From Macrostomum lignano (lineage: Eukaryota), in the NCBI GenBank assembly GCA_002269645.1, contig NIVC01000931.1, positions 62,001-126,000 on the forward strand: DNA of 64,000 nt, written 5' to 3'. Made by a program: the position numbers and the translations under genes. Below are positions 17,090 to 31,000 of this stretch, one piece after another. Position 1 is the stretch's first letter; each line of letters opens with the position of its first letter. The notes under the pieces are model-generated. The model searched no databases. It saw only the letters and a program-made list of their open reading frames with translations, and was not told the origin of the DNA.

Positions 17090-19080
17090 AAGGTAAATGG
17101 GAGAGGGAGAGGGGAGAGAGTAGAGGGGAGAGAGGAGAGAGGCCAGAGAGGAGAAGGGAGGATAGAGAGGAAAGCGGAGAGGGTAGAGTGGAGAGTGGAG
17201 AGGGGAGAGAGGAGAAAGAAGAGGGAAAAGGGGAGAGAGAAGAGGGGAGAGGAAAAAGGGGAGAGTGGAGAGGGAAAAGGGGAGAGAGAGGAGAGGGAAA
17301 AGGGGAGAGAGAAGAGGGGAGAGGAAAAAGGGGAGAGTGGAGAGGGAAAAGGGGAGAGAGAGGAGAGGGAAAAGGGGAGAGAGAAGATGGGAGAGAGGAG
17401 AGGATGGTGGAACAAAAACATGAGATATGAGAATGGATAAAAAATATGGGGAGAGGGAGATGGAAAAGGGGAGAGAGAGATGGAAAAGGGGAGAGGGAGA
17501 TGGAAAAGGGGAGAGGGAGATGGATAAGGGGAAAGGGAAATGGAAAAGGGGAGAGTGGAGAGGGAAAAGGGGAGAGAGAGGAGAGGGAAAAGGGGAGAGA
17601 GAAGATGGGAGAGAGGAGAGGATGGTGGAACAAAAACATGAGATATGAGAATGGATAAAAAATATGGGGGAGAGGGAGATGGAAAAGGGGAGAGAGAGAT
17701 GGAAAAGGGGAGAGGGAGATGGAAAAGGGGAGAGGGAGATGGATAAGGGGAAAGGGAAATGGAAAAGGGGAGAGTGGAGAGGGAAAAGGGAGAGAGAGGA
17801 GAGGGAAAAGGGGAGAGAGAAGATGGGAGAGAGGAGAGGATGGTGGAACAAAAACATGAGATATGAGAATGGATAAAAAATATGGGGGAGAGGGAGATGG
17901 AAAAGGGGAGAGAGAGATGGAAAAGGGGAGAGGGAGATGGAAAAGGGGAGAGGGAGATGGAAAAGGGGAAAGGGAAATGGAAAAGGGGAGAGTGGAGAGG
18001 GAAAAGGGGAGAGAGAGGAGAGGGAAAAGGGGAGAGAGAAGATGGGAGAGAGGAGAGGATGGTGGAACAAAAACATGAGATATGAGAATGGATAAAAAAT
18101 ATGGGGGAGAGGGAGATGGAAAAGGGGAGAGAGAGATGGAAAAGGGGAGAGGGAGATGGAAAAGGGGAGAGGGAGATGGAAAAGGGGAGAGAGAGATGGA
18201 AAAGGGGAGAGAGAGATGGAAAAGGGGAGAGAGAGATGGAAAAGGGGAGAGGGAGATGGAAAAGGGGAGAGGGAGATGGAAAAGGGGAGAGAGAGATGGA
18301 AAAGGGGAGAGGGAGATGGAAAAGGGGAGAGGGAGATGGAAAAGGGGAGAGAGAGATGGAAAAGGGGAGAGGGAGATGGAAAAGGGGAGATGGAGATGGA
18401 AAAGGGGAGAGGGAGATGGAAAAGGGGAGAGGGAGATGGAAAAGGGGAGAGGGAGATGGAAAAGGGGAAAGGGAAATGGAAAAGGGGAGAGTGGAGAGGG
18501 AAAAGGGGAGAGAGATGGAAAAGGGGAGAGAGAGATGGAAAAGGGGAGAGGGAGATGGAAAAGGGGAGAGGGAGATGGAAAAGGGGAGAGGGAGATGGAA
18601 AAGGGGAGAGGGAGATGGAAAAGGGGAGAGGGAGATGGAAAAGGGGAGAGAGAGATGGAAAAGGGGAGAGGGAGATGGAAAAGGGGAGAGGGAGATGGAA
18701 AAGGGGAGAGGGAGATGGAAAAGGGGAGAGGGAGATGGAAAAGGGGAGAGGGAGATGGAAAAGGGGAGAGGGAGATGGAAAAGGGGAGAGGGAGATGGAA
18801 AAGGGGAGAGGGAGATGGAAAAGGGGAGAGGGAGATGGAAAAGGGGAGAGGGAGATGGAAAAGGGGAGAGAGAGATGGAAAAGGGGAGAGGGAGATGGTA
18901 AAGGGGAGAGGGAGATGGAAAAGGGGAGAGGGAGATGGAAAAGGGGAGAGGGAGATGGAAAAGGGGAGAGGGAGATGGAAAAGGGGAGAGGGAGATGGAA
19001 AAGGGGAGAGGGAGATGGAAAAGGGGAGAGGGAGATGGAAAAGGGGAGAGGGAGATGGTAAAGGGGAGAGGGAGAGGAAA
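17090..19080. repeat. GA-rich 20-bp repeat GGGAGATGGAAAAGGGGAGA with a 218-220-bp higher-order block
   Basis: The unique insert GATGGTGGAACAAAAACATGAGATATGAGAATGG recurs near 17403, 17621, 17839 and 18059. Confidence 0.93.
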
Positions 19081-19509
19081 GAACAGAAGAATCGCTCACA
19101 CGAAGAGAAGCAGAGTTCGCACAAAGTTCAGCGGGGTTGCGATTGAAAAGCATAAAAACAATTCAGTTCCTTGATGGCGCGGGCGCCAGGAAACCGAAAC
19201 CGGAGCTACCAAAGAGTGACAGCTCGGGAGGATTTAGTAAAAAGTCTGCGCGGAGGCAGAGAAATCGGTCAGCAGCGATTCTCTAGCCCGCAATCCCAAG
19301 GCAAAACCTGTGCCAAGAATCACCTGGATGAGTCACCCAACTACCAGGAAGAGGCGCTTGAAGCAGAGAGCGAGAGCGAAAGATAACGGATTTTCGGCTC
19401 CATTAGCGGCGGTTTTCTTTGGAGTTTTTGCCCTGATTGCCTTCGAGTTTTTCGCGAACCCCTTCTCGCACTTTTTCGATCCTTCAGCTGATTTCGGCAC
19501 TTAAAAGGG

Positions 19510-20110
19510 GGCCACGAAGCCCCGATAGATTTGGCGCCACGAAGCCCCGATAGATTTGGCGCCACGAAGCCCCGATAGATTTGGCGCCACGAAGCCCCGA
19601 TAGATATGGCGCCACGAAGACTCGATAGATATGGCGCCACGAAGACTCGATAGATATGGCGCCACGAAGACTCGATAGATATGGCGCCACGAAGACTCGA
19701 TAGATTTGGCGCCACGAAGACTCGATAGATATGGCGCCACGAAGACTCGATAGATATGGCGCCACGAAGACTCGATAGATATGGCGTCACGAAGACTCGA
19801 TAGATTTGGCGCCACAAGGACCCAGTAGATTTGGCGCCACAAGGACCCAGTAGATTTGGCGCCACAAAGACCCAGTAGATTTGGCGCCACAAAGACCCAG
19901 TAGATTTGGCGCCACAAGGACCCAGTAGATTTGGCGCCACAAGGACCCAGTAGATTTGGCGTCACAAGGACCCAGTAGATTTGGCGCCACAAAGCCCCAA
20001 TAGATATCGCGCCACAAGGACCCAGTAGTTTTAGCGCCACAAAGACCCGATAGATATGGTGCCAAAGGACTCAGTAAATTTAGCGCCACGAAGACCCGAT
20101 AGATATGACG
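19510..20110. repeat. 25-bp minisatellite GCCACGAAGACTCGATAGATATGGC
   Basis: Directly visible, with zones of different variants. Confidence 0.93.
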
Positions 20111-20595
20111 CTTAAAGGACGCGCAGTATGCCGACTCAGATCCCGGAGACAACAACCCTAGCACTACTCGTAAACTTATAAAAAGGGGAGTCTTACCCTG
20201 ATAAAATAAAATCCCAAACTCACTACCTCCAGGCCACTCATGCAGAGTTGCAGACTTTATTTCCAGCTCATGGCCATTTAGCTGCGAATTGCAGAACCGC
20301 CAAATTATTCTGATAAGAATGAATAAATTAAATGACTTTTGGATTTTTGGATTTTTTGTTTTTTATTTGATTTTTGGATTATTTAATACTTCAGGCAAGG
20401 AATTAGCGAACGAAGATTGCTGGGAGGTTTTGCTAGCAGACAAATCTAGCCAAAACAGGTTATTAATTCAATAATCCAACTGTGGCCTACGTAATGGATT
20501 TCTAAGCCTAGAGATCTAGACTGGAAACTGTCGGAACATGAACCCCTGACTGTGGCCCTTAATGTGATAATCGTATGTGGCCTTCTCTAGGCTTT

Positions 20596-20906
20596 GCCCA
20601 CACCCTTAGTTTAGTCTATGGTTAAAGCATGTGGGGCTTTTCTGGGCTTTGCCCACACCCTTAGTTTAGTCTATGGTTAAAGCATGTGGGGCTTCTCAGG
20701 TATTTGCCCACACCCTTAGTTTAGTCTATGGTTAAAGTATGTGGGGCTTCTCAGGTCTTGGCCCACACCCTTAGTTTAGTCTATGGTTAAAGCATGTGGG
20801 GCTTTTCTGGGCTTTGCCCACACCCTTAGTTTAGTCTATGGTTAAAGCATGTGGGGCTTCTCAGGTCTTTTCCCACACCCTTAGTTTAGTCTATGGTTAA
20901 AGCATG
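20596..20906. repeat. 55-bp tandem repeat (about 6 copies) with inverted arms
   Basis: Period 55 (20596, 20651, 20706, 20761). Each unit has CCCACA...TGTGGG. Confidence 0.93.
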
Positions 20907-21474
20907 TGGTTGTTTCGCCCTCACACGCCACAGTAAGCAGCGCTTACTATCTGAACTCTTCCATTAGTCAGTTTCAAAGCCAGATATTAATGCCACGCAG
21001 TCCATGCTCTGGCGGCACCAATACGAGTCTAAAAAGTCTACAAAGTCTACAGCAGTATAGTCGAGCTGCTTGCTGCCAAGGGTTCGGGGCAATTATAACC
21101 TTCTATCAGCCAAAAAACTAATTGCTTGCTCGGTTGTTGGGAAACTTGTTGCCAACCAAACCTGCTGTTAGGAGCAGGTCTCCCAACTGGCCAACCAGAC
21201 TGCTTGACCCTCGGATACGGCCCCTTGTTTTGTACAGGTTAAGGTGTACCTGAGGGCAGACATGTAACAGCAAACTTTATACTCGGATTTATTTGCGACT
21301 AAGTGTAAAGTGCTACTGGATACGCTAGTATTTTCTTGGCTGCATAATGCAAAAAAGTGTAATATTCTTTTGTAATTACACTTTGAACTTGGCTAGAGCT
21401 CAGGCCACATAACTGTGACTCGTACCTACATTATTAATTGCATAAATATGTGGACTTGTGTAAGCCATTTAGGT

Positions 21475-22826
21475 AGATAGAGAGGGAGAGAAAGAGGAAG
21501 TGAGAGATAGAGAGGGACAGGGAGAAGTGAGAGGGAGAGGGAGAGAGGCGAGCAGGGAGAGAGGGAGAGGGAGAGAGAGAGAGGGTGAGATAGAGAGAGA
21601 GAGGGTGAGAAAGAGAGAGAGAGAGGGGGACAGGGAGAGAGGGGGACAGGGAGAGAGGGGGACAGGGAGAGAGGGGGACAGGGAGAGAGGGGGACAGGGA
21701 GAGAGGGGGACAGGGAGAGAGGGGGACAGGGAGAGAGGGAGACAGGGAGAGAGGGGGACAGGGAGAGAGGGGGACAGGGAGAGAGGGGGACAGGGAGAGA
21801 GGGGGACAGGGAGAGAGGGGGACAGGGAGAGAGGGGGACAGGGAGAGAGGGGGACAGGGAGAGAGGGAGAGGGTGAGAAAGAGAGGGAGAGAGGGGGACA
21901 GGTAGAGAGGGAGAGGGTGAGAAAGAAAGGGAGAGAGGGGACAGGGAGAGAGTGAGAGGGAGAGAGGGGAACAGGGAGAGAGTGAGAGGGAGAGAGGGGG
22001 ACAGGGAGAGAGGGAGAGGGAGAGAGGGGACAGGGAGAGAGTGAGAGGGAGAGAGGGGACAGGGAGAGAGTGAGAGGGAGAGAGGGGGACAGGGAGAGAG
22101 TGAGAGGGAGAGAGGGGGACAGGGAGAGAGGGAGAGGGAGAGAGGGGACAGGGAGAGAGTGAGAGGGAGAGAGGGGACAGGGAGAGAGAGAGAGGGAGAG
22201 AGGGGACAGGGAGAGAGGAGACAGGGAGAGAGGGGACAGGGAGAGAGTAAGAGGGAGAGAGGGGACAGGGAGAGAGGGGACAGGGAGAGAGTGAGAGGGA
22301 GAGAGGGGGACAGGGAGATAGTGAGAGGGAGAGAGGGGACAGGGAGAGAGTGAGAGGGAGAGAGTAAGAGGGAGAGAGGGGACAGGGAGAGAGTGAGAGG
22401 GAGAGAGGGGACAGGGAGAGAGGGGGACAGGGAGAGAGTGAGAGGGAGAGAGGGGACAGGGAGAGAGGGGACAGGGAGAGAGGGGGACAGGGAGAGAGGG
22501 GGACAGGGAGAGAGGGGACAGGGAGAGAGGGGACAGGGAGAGAGGGGGACAGGGAGAGAGTGAGAAGGAGAGAGGGGACAGGGAGAGAGGGGACAGGGAG
22601 AGAGGGAGAGGGTGAGAAAGAGAGGGACTGAGGGGACAGGGGGAGAGGGAGAGGGAAAGGGAGAGGGAGAGGGAAGTGCAGGGAAGCTGGGGCGCTGGCT
22701 TGGGTAAAAATGAAGGTGAGAGGCGGGCCCGCAGCTAAGCAGTTCAGCCAGTTTTGCTGCCTTCCCAGACAGAGCGGCACAGTGCAGCGACCTGATGCAC
22801 AATCGTATTGGCCCTCATCAGTTCTT
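21475..22826 (+). repeat. Dispersed repeat copy 2, with GA-rich (GGGACAGGGAGAGA-type) head expanded to about 1.2 kb
   Basis: Purine-rich array 21475-22670 followed by the same 156-bp segment as 5309-5464. Confidence 0.85.
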
Positions 22827-23259
22827 GCTGCGATCTAAATCACGGGGATTTGACCCAGGGTCTGGGAGGATGTGCCTGGATAGAAAAAGGTTTGGCAGCT
22901 TATTCCGACACAACAGTGGTTGATAGTTCACAAGTATCTTATTTGGCTATACTGTCGGCTGCTTGTATAAGTACAATCGCTCGATTATGGTGAAGTGGTA
23001 ACTAAATTGAGAAAAAGTTAAGAATATGAATGTAGTTTATTGAATCCATAGTTTAAATACTTACTTAAATTTAGCTAATTTGGAAATACAATATCATTTA
23101 TGCTTCAATTTTCTATTAAAAATATAACGCAACTGACTACTACCAGTAGATGTTCGGGGAAACAAATAATTTGTTAAACTTTTTATTGGGCTTAATTTTG
23201 AGTTGCTTAAGGTTAGGCTTAATGACTAAATGGGAATTGCTGACACGCTAGTGCTCACG

Positions 23260-24055
23260 GGGAATTGCTGAGAGGCCAGTGCTCATGGGGAATTGCTGAG
23301 AGGTCAGTGCTCACAGGGAATTACTGAGAGGCCAGTGCTCATGGAGAATTGCTGAGAGGTCAGTGCTTAAAGGGAATTGCTGAGAGGTCAGTGCTTAAAG
23401 GGAATTGCTGAGAGGTCAGTGCTTAAAGGGAATTGCTGAGAGGTCAGTGCTTAAAGGGAATTGCTGAGAGGTCAGTGCTTAAAGGGAATTGCTGAGAGGT
23501 CAGTGCTTAAAGGGAATTGCTGAGTGGTCAGTGCTTAAAGGGAATTGCTGAGAGGTCAGTGCTTAAAGGGAATTACTGAGTGGTCAGTGCTTAAAGGGAA
23601 TTGCTGAGAGGCCAGTGCTCATGGGGAATTGCTGAGAGGTCAGTGCTTAAAGGGAATTGCTGAGAGGCCAGTGCTCATGGGGAATTGCTGAGAGGTCAGT
23701 GCTTAAAGGGAATTACTGAGAGGCCAGTGCTCATGGGGAATTGCTGAGAGGCCAGTGCTCATGGGGAATTGCTGAGAGGTCAGTGCTTAAAGGGAATTGC
23801 TGAGAGGTCAATGCTTAAAGGGAATTGCTGAGAGGCCAGTGCTCATGGGGAATTGCTGAGTGGTCAGTGCTTAAAGGGAATTGCTGAGAGGTCAGTGCTT
23901 AAAGGGAATTACTGAGAGGCCAGTGCTCACGGGGAATTGCTGAGAGGCCAGTGCTCACGGGGAATTGCTGAGAGGCCAGTGCTCACGGGGAATTGCTGAG
24001 AGGTCAGTGCTCAAAGGGGAATTGCTGAGAGGCCATGGCTCACGGGGAATTGCTT
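23260..24055. repeat. 28-bp minisatellite GGGAATTGCTGAGAGGTCAGTGCTTAAA
   Basis: Directly visible. Confidence 0.95.
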
Positions 24056-25025
24056 TTTATCGAAACACATTAATCTGACTTAAAAAACAGTGACTACGAT
24101 AGGTGTACATGGCTTTCGTTAGGTACATAATTTTTTCTCGAAAAAAAGTAATATTATTTTCTTTGTTGCCTCCTCAACTGGGGGCAAAGACTGGGGTGTT
24201 TTAGTCTGGGGGTGACGCGGCTCAGATCTCGGCCTCTGCACCGGGTTCTCTCTCGCCATTTTTAAAAAAATAAGATGCTTGGCGGTCCCTGGCACGCCTA
24301 GCAACAATGAGAACGCATCATTAAGAGCGGTTGGCAGCCTCCCCAGCTCCTTCCGATACTCTGACAGGCTTGTGGGCGATGCTTTTGGCAGGCAAGAGAG
24401 TCGCGGTTTCTTTCAATTATTTCTGCTTCAAGCCAAACCGTCAAGCCCTAGTTCATCGAGCAGCAGGCCTTAGAATTCACGGCATAACTTATTTTAGCTC
24501 TGTATATTTTTCTTTTTATTCTTTGCAATGGTTTGCAATGGAGGCGCTGCGCTAGGCAAGCATTTGGGGGGGGGGGGCGGGGTGCAGGTTGTGTCAGCAG
24601 GTAATGGCTCCAGAAGCCTTTAGCTATAGACTTTCAATTCATTTTTTTTTCGCGAGAGCAACCCCGCTCTCAGCCTGAGTAATACCTGCCGAGAGGTAAG
24701 AGTGGCACCTTGATAAGCGGCAGCAGCTGGAGAGATAATCTAAATTGAAACAGAAACAGATAAGTTTGAAGTATTTGATTGGATGGCCGCCCCCACCGGT
24801 CCGCTCCAGCCCTCTGCCGTCCTTCGCTCTGTGCGTCTCTCTCTCATTTTTATGCGAGTTTAAATTCCAAGCTGTCGACAGAGGCCATTGTTGCCAGAGG
24901 GCTTTCTGCTAACGTTTGCAAAGAAGAAGAACTCTTCTTATTCATCTTCTCTGAATTGAAGAAAGCAAAAATAACTGCGGCTTGAAAGAGTAGGGCAGAG
25001 AGAGAGAGAGAGAGTGAGGCACGAG

Positions 25026-28000
25026 ATGGCTGATCTCAGCAAATTCGACCAGGGTCTGGTGGCCGAGTACAGGGAAGCATTCGCTCTGTTTGACAAAGAC
25101 GGTGAGTTCTGATGCGATCTAGGCATGATCTATATGCGATTTGGGCATGATCTATATGCGATTTGGGCATGATCTATATGCGATTTGGGCATGCTCTATA
25201 TATGCGATCTAGGCATGATCTATATGCGATTTGGGCATGATCTATATGCGATTTAGGCATGCTCTATATATGCGATCTAGGCATGATCTATATGCGATCT
25301 AGGCATGATCTATATGCGATTTGGGCATGATCTGTATGCGATTTAGGCATGCTCTATATATGCGATCTAGGCATGATCTATATGCGATTTGGGCATGATC
25401 TATATGCGATTTAGGCATGCTCTATATATGCGATCTAGGCATGATCTATATGCGATCTAGGCATGATCTATATGCGATTTAGGCATGCTCTATATATGCG
25501 ATCTAGGCATGATCTATATGCGATCTAGGCATGATCTATATGCGATCTAGGCATGATCTATATGCGATTTAGGCATGATCTATATGCGATCTAGGCATGA
25601 TCTATATGCGATCTAGGCATGATCTATATGCGATCTAGGCATGATCTATATGCGATTTAGGCATGATCTATATGCGATCTAGGCATGATCTATATGCGAT
25701 CTAGGCATGATCTATATGCGGTCTAGGCATGATCTATATGCGATCTAGGCATGATCTATATGCAAAAAACAACAACAGAGTACGCTGCCAGATCACAAAA
25801 GCAGCGTCAGATGGCGCGCTTCCAAGCTTGGGCGCGAACAAAAGCCGCACCGCCGACAGAGTCCGGGGCGCCGGCGTCAGCCAGCAGACAGTCGACGTAG
25901 CGCCGAGTCCTCGCCTGTCCCCGCCGGTAGGGTGCCTGCAACGTAAGTAGCAGCACCTCCTGCACCGGCTCCGGGCAGTAGGCCTCGGCGCGGATGGCGT
26001 GGCCTGCCAGCTGGAGTCGCCGACGGCGCAGCAGATCGCTAGGACGGGCCAGGCCGGCGCGATGATAGAGCGCCGTGTTGGTGACTCGCTCGTTGCCGAT
26101 CTTGAAGGCGGCGCGCAGCAGGCCAGCGTGCGCCGCGTCGACTTGAGCCTCGAGCGAGTCTGTCAGCGTCCAGGTCTCGGCGTTGTATAACAGGACGGTC
26201 TCGATCACCGCCTGGAACAGCGCCGCCCTCTGGCGGTCCGGTAGGGCCTCGGACTGCAGGACTGACCTTATAGAACGAAAGGCAGCCCAAGCAAGTCCTC
26301 GGCGACGCCGCAGATCCTCGCGGACGTCGGGAACCAGACCGCCGAGGTAGACGAACTGCTGACATCTTGGAAGCTCACTCGCCTGTCCGTCAGCGCCTCG
26401 GCAGAAGATTGCAGCCTCGGTGTCGTCCGGCACGCATAGCACGACGGTCTTCTGCGTGTTGACCACCAGGCCGACGCTCGCCGCAACGGCAACCAGCCTA
26501 TCCAGCTGTCGTTGGGCGCCCTCGACGGTCGAGGACAGCAGGGCGAGGTCATCGGCGTAGCCAAGCACGCTGAGCCGTCTCTCCGGTTGGCGTCGACCCA
26601 CGCGTCGCCGCAGCAGGAAGCCGTCGTCGTTGGAAGGCAGAGCCTATAGGTCATCTATATGCGATCTAGGCATGATCTATATGCGATCTAGGCATGATCT
26701 ATATGCGATCTAGGCATGATCTATATGCGATCTAGGCATGATCTATATGCGATCTAGGCATGATCTATATGCGATCTAGGCATGATCTATATGCGATTTG
26801 GGCATGATCTATATGCGATTTGGGCATGATCTATATGCGATTTGGGCATGATCTATATGCGATTTAGGCATGCTCTATATACGCGATCTAGGCATGATCT
26901 ATATGCGATTTGGGCATGATCTATATGCCATCTAGCAAAACCGTGTCTCCTCTACCAGTGTCCTGACGGTGTCCTAAACCGTCTTATAAAATGTGAGCAG
27001 TGATTGAAAAAAGTCCCTTGAAAAACTCTTCGCAATCGTCATGCACTCCCAAGACAGCTCATTGTACACTGCGCAAGTAGAACGCCGTGCAAGACAACAG
27101 TGAGTATTATTCTTCATTCACAGCTCAAGTTTTATTGCTAGTGAAAGAAGGCTGTAAAACGTGGGCCACGGTGCTGAGTTCAAGTGTTTTCTGAGTGAGG
27201 CGCTTCTAAAATACTACGCATTAATCTGAAACATCATCATAAATGAATCCAGAATGCATTTAGTTCGAGGTGAAAGAAAGTAAAGTTCCAATTTGTCGCT
27301 CTCCAATGATACGTTCTCAAACTTTTTAAAACGAACTTTGGAATGAGAAAGCTCTTGGAATGAGAGAGCAGACTCTCGCCTGACTCTCGCCTGACTCTCG
27401 CCTGACTCTCGCTTGACTCTTGCCTGACTCTCAGCTGACTCTCAGCTGACTCTCATCTGACTCTCACCTGACTCTCACCTGACTCTCGCCTGACTCTCAC
27501 CTGACTCTCGCCTGACTCTCGCCTGACTCTCGCCTGACTCTCGCCTGACTCTCGCTTGACTCTCGCCTGACTCTCGCCTGACTCTTGCCTGACTCTCGCC
27601 TGACTCTCGCCTGACTCTCATCTGACTCTCATCTGACTCTCGCCTGACTCTCAGCTGACTTTCATCTGACTCTCGCCTGACTCTCACCTGACTCTTGCCT
27701 GACTCTCGCCTGACTCTCGCCTGACTCTCGCCTGACTCTTGCCTGACTCTCGCTTGACTCTTGCCTGACTCTCGCCTGACTCTCAGCTGACTCTCGCCTC
27801 GCCTGACTCTCGCTTGACTCTTTCCTGACTCTCACCTGACTCTCGCCTGACTCTCAGCTGACTCTCATCTGACTCTCATCTGACTCTCGCCTGAATCTCG
27901 CCTGACTCTCAGCTGACTCTCATCTGACTCTCGCCTGACTCTCGCCTGACTCTCGCTTGACTCTTGCCTGACTCTCACCTGACTCTCAGCTGACTCTCAT

Positions 28001-31000
28001 CTGACTCTTGCCTGACTCTCGCCTGACTCTCGCTTGACTCTTGCCTGACTCTCGCCTGACTCTCAGCTGACTCTCATCTGACTCTCGCCTGACTCTCGCT
28101 TGACTCTTGCCTGACTCTCGCGTGACTCTCGCTTGACTCTTGCCTGACTCTCGCGTGACTCTCGCTTGACTCTTGCCTGATTCTCGCCTGACTCTCAGCT
28201 GACTCTCATCTGACTCTCATCTGACTCTCGCCTGACTCTCGCCTGACTCTCAGCTGACTCTCATCTGACTCTCGCCTGACTCTCGCCTGACTCTCGCTTG
28301 ACTTCTGCCTGACTCTCGCCTGACTCTCACCTGACTCTCGCCTGACTCTCACCTGACTATCACTTGACTCTCGCTTGACTCTCGCCTGACTCTCACCTGA
28401 CTATCACCTGACTCTCGCCCGACTCTCATCTGCCTCTCATCTGACTCTCGCCTGACTCTCATCTGCCTCTCATCTGACTCTCACCTGACTCTCACCTGAC
28501 TCTCACCTGACTCTCGCCTGACTCTCACCAACAGCATTGGTGCGCTTGTTTGGGCCCATCGGAGTCAGTGGAACGGGCAGAATTGCCTTGGCGCTGCTGG
28601 ATGTTGGGATGATGTCGCCGAAGGCTTGTGCCTGTGTGCCTGCAGCCCTCCTGCAAACATTATTAGTATTTTTACTTCATTTGGAATTTTAAATCCAGAA
28701 GGTGAAAGATTGCGAACTCAGTGCCAAAGCACTAAAAACTTCCTATTAAATTCGCATGATTTTCAAGTGCAAAGTCAGATCTCAGTTGTCCTCGGGCCCA
28801 CCATGCCTAAATGAGGCTCATTGAGAGCTGGTGCTGTCTCGTGCTCAACCTTTCTTCTCCCGGCTGTCAATTCTTGGCCTATAAGTGTTGGTGCACTTCT
28901 GCATGCAGACAAGAAGTCTGAGCCCGGACTGAGCAGGATGAGCTCAAATATAAGTGTTCCTAGACCTGCTTCTCTCTTCCTTCCGAGTACTTAGAAGCAA
29001 AAAAGCTGGATTAGCATGGATAATGGAGAAGTACAGCCTCCTAGGATCATGCGGGGATGATTGTCCCATTGTGTCAACCGTGGCAGCTTTGTGCGCACCA
29101 CGAGCTGCTTCCGGAAATCCTGTCTCTTTCTGCTAGTTGACACTAAAGCTTTGTTTTACAAGGCTTAGAAGCAATCCTAATTCTCAGTTCCTGGGCAGCT
29201 AGCTCACTGCTCAGTAAGCCTTGTTTGCCACCAAGCTAAACATGGTTGTGAAACTTCCCTAAGCTAACTTCCCCGTCAGGAAGTCCTACTAGCTATCCAT
29301 CAATAAAGACTCTTCGACAAAGAGACTATTTTTTGCTACCTGCCCCGTCTGTAGCTGAGCTTATTTGCTAATCTTAAAGCGAGCTACTTAAAGTAGTCTT
29401 GTCCAACTTAGATTGCTTAAAAAATGGTTATTATTGCTACATATTGTGAGATACATATTGACAGAACTACATGACGCTGTCTCTCAGTGAGCATGCTCAG
29501 GTACTTCATTTAGCATGCCCTAGTTACCTCAGTGAGCATGCCTTAGTTACCTCAGTGAGCACGCCCTAGTTACCTCAGTGAGCATGCCTTAGTTACCTCA
29601 GTGAGCACGCCCTAGTTACCTCAGTGAGCATGCGTTATAGTTACCTCAGTGAGCATGCCTTAGTTACCTCAGTGAGCACGCCCTAGTTACCTCAGTGAGC
29701 ACGCCTTAGTTACCTCAGTGAGCATGCCTTAGTTACCTCAGTGAGCACGCCCTAGTTACCTCAGTGAGCACGCCTTAGTTACCTCAGTGAGCATACCTTA
29801 GTTACCTCAGTGAGCACGCCCTAGTTACCTCAGTGAGCATGCGTTATAGTTACCTCAGTGAGCATGCCTTAGTTACCTCAGTGAGCATGCCCTAGTTACC
29901 TCAGTGAGCACGCCCTAGTTACCTCAGTGAGCATGCCCTAGTTACCTCAGTAAGAATGCCCTAGTTACCTCAGTAAGAATGCCCTAGTTACCTCAGTAAG
30001 AATGCCCTAGTTACCTCAGTAAGAATGCCCTAGTTACCTCAGTAAGAATGCCCTAGTTACCTCAGTAAGAATGCCTTAGTTACCTCAGTAAGAATGCCCT
30101 AGTTACCTCAGTAAGAATGCCCTAGTTACCTCAGTAAGAATGCCCTAGTTACCTCAGTAAGAATGCCCTAGTTACCTCAGTAAGAATGCCCTAGTTACCT
30201 CAGTAAGAATGCCTTAGTTACCTCAGTAAGAATGCCCTAGTTACCTCAGTAAGAATGCCCTAGTTACCTAAGTGAGCATGCCCTAGTTACCTCAGTAAGA
30301 ATGCCCTAGTTACCTCAGTGAGCATGCCCTAGTTACCTAAGTGAGCATGCTCAGATACTTCATTGAGAATGCCTTAGTTACCTCAGTGAGCACGTCCTGG
30401 TACTTCAGTGAGCCTGCCCTGGTACTTTAGTGAGCATGTCCTAGTTACCACAATGAGCATGCTAAACAGCTCAAACGGTCAAACAGCTCAAATGCTCAAA
30501 CAGCATTCAAGACTGGAGATTAAGAAGAATGCAGGTCTTACAGAGACAGTAGGTGCAAAGGTGAAACTGGTGCAAAGCGAATGGTGCAGAATGCTGCAAT
30601 TGATCCGGTTCTGAACGAACTGATAGAATAAGCATGAGCGAGAAGAAGCAGCCGATCTCAGTGACACTGAGTCTCATGTGACACTTAATTAATGCACACT
30701 GGATCGGATTACAATGAGAACTAAAACTCATATTTAGACTACATATCTGTAAATATAAAATGCCAGCAGGGTGCCAGGTTATTTTTTTCACTCCCTTCGA
30801 TCAGATACGACAGGTAGCTTCTAAAGCTTCCTCACACCCAAATTTTCCCACTCCTGAAGGTGACGGTTGCATCACCACGAAGGATCTCGGCCGGGTGATG
30901 CGCAGCCTGGGCCAGGAGATGCCGGATTCGCAGCTCCAGGCCATCGGGGCCGTCGCCAACGCCAGACGAAATGTCGCTGACAAGGTGATAATCAGGTCTT

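Noticed and set aside
16914-19153. Long ORFs on both strands in GA/CT-rich arrays (also 15702-16535 and 21426-22802)
   Set aside because: Low-complexity purine/pyrimidine tracts lack stop codons by composition.
19124-19500. Moderately GC-rich unique stretch with short ORFs (also 16630-17050, 28540-28630 and 54300-54500)
   Set aside because: No recognisable motif or consistent splice pattern. These could be exons or UTRs but cannot be supported from sequence alone.
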